Assembly: GCA_963798085.1 (NCBI GenBank)
Contig: CAWCRS010000007.1
Span: forward strand, 1,056,001-1,120,000
Direction: 5' to 3'
Length of the DNA: 64,000 nucleotides
Source: an uncultured Gemmatimonadales bacterium
Lineage (GTDB): Bacteria; Gemmatimonadota; Gemmatimonadetes; Longimicrobiales; RSA9
This document shows, piece by piece, positions 61,911 through 64,000 of the stretch (positions are counted from its first letter, which is position 1; every line of letters starts with the position of its first letter). The notes under the pieces were generated by a model. That model ran no database searches. It was given only the letters and a program-made list of their open reading frames with translations, and was not told the DNA's origin. Position numbers and translations under genes: made by a program.

Positions 61911-63787
61911 ACAGCGATTCGAAGGCGACCGCGTTTCGCACGGGCATGGTGGGCGATCTGCGCGCGGCTGATGCCGGCCGTGATGTGCGACTCGTGGGCT
62001 GGGTGCATCGGCGGCGCGATCTGGGCGGGTTGCTGTTCCTCGATCTGCGCGATCGCACGGGCAAGGTGCAGCTTTCGCTGGGACCCGACTGGACGACGGC
62101 GGACATACTGGAACGCGCGCGCCGGGTCGGCTCGGAATGGGTGATCGCGATTGCGGGGCAGGTGGTGAAGCGGCCTGACGAAGCCGTGAACCGCGAGCTG
62201 GCGACCGGCGAGATCGAAGTGCACGTGCGGACGCTCAATGTGCTCTCTGAAGCGGAGACGCCGCCCATTCCGGTGGCGCCATTGGCGAACGAACTGCCAG
62301 CGGAGGAGCTGCGCCTGCGTTATCGCTATCTGGATCTGCGGCGCGATGAGTTCCAGCGCGCCCTCGCCATGCGTCATCGCACCTATCAGGTGGTGCGTGG
62401 TTTTCTCTCGTCGCAGCATTTCCTCGAGATCGAGACGCCGATGCTCACGCGGCGTACACCGGAAGGTGCGCGCGATTATCTCGTGCCCAGCCGCATCCAT
62501 CGCGGCGAGTTCTACGCGCTGCCGCAGTCGCCGCAGCTCTACAAGCAGCTGCTCATGGTCTCGGGGTATGATCGCTACTTCCAGATTGCGCGCTGTCTGC
62601 GTGATGAGGATCTGCGTGCCGACCGCCAGCCTGAGTTCACGCAGATCGATGCGGAGATGTCATTCGTGACCGAGGACGACGTGTTCCGCATCGGCGAAAA
62701 CATGTCGGCCACCCTGTGGCGCGAGATGCTGGGCGTCGATGTGGCAGTGCCGTTTCCGCGGTTGACGTACCGCGACGCGGTCGAGCGCTACGGCACGGAC
62801 AAGCCCGATGTGCGCTTCGGCATGGAGATTCACGACCTGACCGGAATGCTGCAGGCGGCGGATTTCCGTTTGTTCCAGGAAACGCGCGGTACGACACAGC
62901 GCATCCGCGGCTTCGTGGCGACCGGCGGCGCCGCGTTTTCGCGGAAGGATCTGGATGAACTGGCGCCCATGGCGAAGACCGCAGGCGCGGCGGGCGCGCT
63001 CTGGGTCAAGCGTGGCGCGGAAGGCGTGAGCGGAACGTTCGCCAAGGCGATGGATGAGGGTCTGACCAGCCGCCTCGCGGCGACGGCAGGACTGGGCGTG
63101 GGCGATCTGCTCGTGCTCGTGATCGGGCCGTCCGGCGCCACCGGCACGTCCCCCATGCCCGCCGATGCGGCGCTGGATGGGATGCGCCGGCACCTGGGTG
63201 GGCGGCTGGGGTTGCGCGATCCGGCGAAACACTGCTGGCTCTGGATCACGGAATTCCCGCTCTTCGATTTCGATGAGGCCGCGGGGCGCATCATCGCCAT
63301 GCACCATCCCTTCACCATGCCGCACCCGGACGACGTGCTGGCGCTGCTCGACGCGACACGCGAGACGCTGACGGCGGGGGCGGCCCGTGCCCTGTACGAG
63401 AAGGGGCTGCGCTCCCGGGCGTACGATGCGGTGTATAACGGCATGGAGATGGCGAGCGGCTCGATCCGCATTCACGATCCGGAACTGCAGAAGAGCGTAT
63501 TCCGCGCGCTCGGCATTGGCGCGGAGGAGGCGCAGGCGAAGTTCGGCTTTCTGCTCGAGGCGTTCCGCTACGGCGTTCCGCCGCACGGTGGTTTTGCATT
63601 CGGCTTTGATCGCCTGGTGATGCTGCTGACGGGTGGGACGAGCCTGCGTGATGTGATCGCCTTCCCGAAGACGACGGCGGCGCGCGCGTTGTTCGAGGGC
63701 GCACCGGCGCCTGTCAGCGCGCGGATCTCGCCGAGCTGCACATTGCCGTCATGGACTCGCGAGGAGGGACGACAGCCACGTGGATAG
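61907..63787 (+). CDS. aspS: Aspartate--tRNA ligase (last ~20 codons probably affected by an indel)
   Basis: Motifs RRRDLGG..FLDLRD, TPEGARDY, ALPQSPQ, DRQPEFTQID, HHPFT, GSIRIH and PPHGG..G.DR. Confidence 0.96.
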   Translation: MNSDSKATAFRTGMVGDLRAADAGRDVRLVGWVHRRRDLGGLLFLDLRDRTGKVQLSLGPDWTTADILERARRVGSEWVIAIAGQVVKRPDEAVNRELATGEIEVHVRTLNVLSEAETPPIPVAPLANELPAEELRLRYRYLDLRRDEFQRALAMRHRTYQVVRGFLSSQHFLEIETPMLTRRTPEGARDYLVPSRIHRGEFYALPQSPQLYKQLLMVSGYDRYFQIARCLRDEDLRADRQPEFTQIDAEMSFVTEDDVFRIGENMSATLWREMLGVDVAVPFPRLTYRDAVERYGTDKPDVRFGMEIHDLTGMLQAADFRLFQETRGTTQRIRGFVATGGAAFSRKDLDELAPMAKTAGAAGALWVKRGAEGVSGTFAKAMDEGLTSRLAATAGLGVGDLLVLVIGPSGATGTSPMPADAALDGMRRHLGGRLGLRDPAKHCWLWITEFPLFDFDEAAGRIIAMHHPFTMPHPDDVLALLDATRETLTAGAARALYEKGLRSRAYDAVYNGMEMASGSIRIHDPELQKSVFRALGIGAEEAQAKFGFLLEAFRYGVPPHGGFAFGFDRLVMLLTGGTSLRDVIAFPKTTAARALFEGAPAPVSARISPSCTLPSWTREEGRQPRG

Positions 63788-64000
63788 CACGACCGTCGAG
63801 CACCGCCTCACCACGGAAGGGGCGGACTACCTGCTTCTGGCCGGCGTGAACGATGCCCACCTCCAGGAGCTGGCCAGACTCTCCAACTGCCGCGTCATCC
63901 TGCGTGGCGATCACATGATTCTCTCGGGCAGGGTAGCCGATGTGGAGCGCGTGGTACCCGTCGCGGAGCGTCTGATCCAGCAGGCAAGGATGGCGAGGCC
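63780..64000 (+). CDS. PhoH-like protein, N-terminal part (runs off the right edge)
   Basis: GTG after GAGGAGG. Reads MDSTTVEHRLTTEGADYLLLAGVNDAHLQEL...VILRGD, like the PhoH/YbeZ N-terminal L.G..D.HL...RG segment. Confidence 0.65.
   Translation, partial: MDSTTVEHRLTTEGADYLLLAGVNDAHLQELARLSNCRVILRGDHMILSGRVADVERVVPVAERLIQQARMAR

Overview
High-GC (roughly 68% by eye) bacterial core-genome segment. Gene content and order suggest Gemmatimonadota (FCB group); this is an inference. In order, the window holds the 3' end of ftsA, ftsZ, an M23 peptidase, a VWA-like membrane protein, ftsY, recG, a response regulator with a degenerate HD-GYP domain, a BamB-like lipoprotein, asnS and mazG. Next come an alr-cdd-lipoprotein-beta-barrel-miaB-comEC-fbp run, an Oar-like TonB-dependent receptor, add, ppdK, a pur cluster (purF/L/Q/S, pssA, purC, purB), htrA, truA, a DUF3224 gene and kbl/tdh. 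The last third has a trp cluster interrupted by lexA and by a HEAT + HD-GYP gene pair, then rqcH, panBC, yqeK, rlmN, a PorV-like gene, PTS IIA, a His-less HPt-like protein, vanZ, aspS and the start of phoH. I saw no rRNA, tRNA, CRISPR array, transposase or integrase. The most notable signals are: (1) two copies of a direct-repeat operator CCGAA-N6-CCGAA lying on the lexA promoter, a candidate lineage-specific SOS box; (2) a HEAT protein and an HD-GYP phosphodiesterase that share a paralogous N-terminal domain and sit between trpB and trpA; (3) dispersed intergenic repeat and inverted-repeat elements; (4) +1 frameshifts in miaB, ppdK, trpB and rqcH that all fall in or beside AGATG/CATCT, probably motif-linked sequencing errors.
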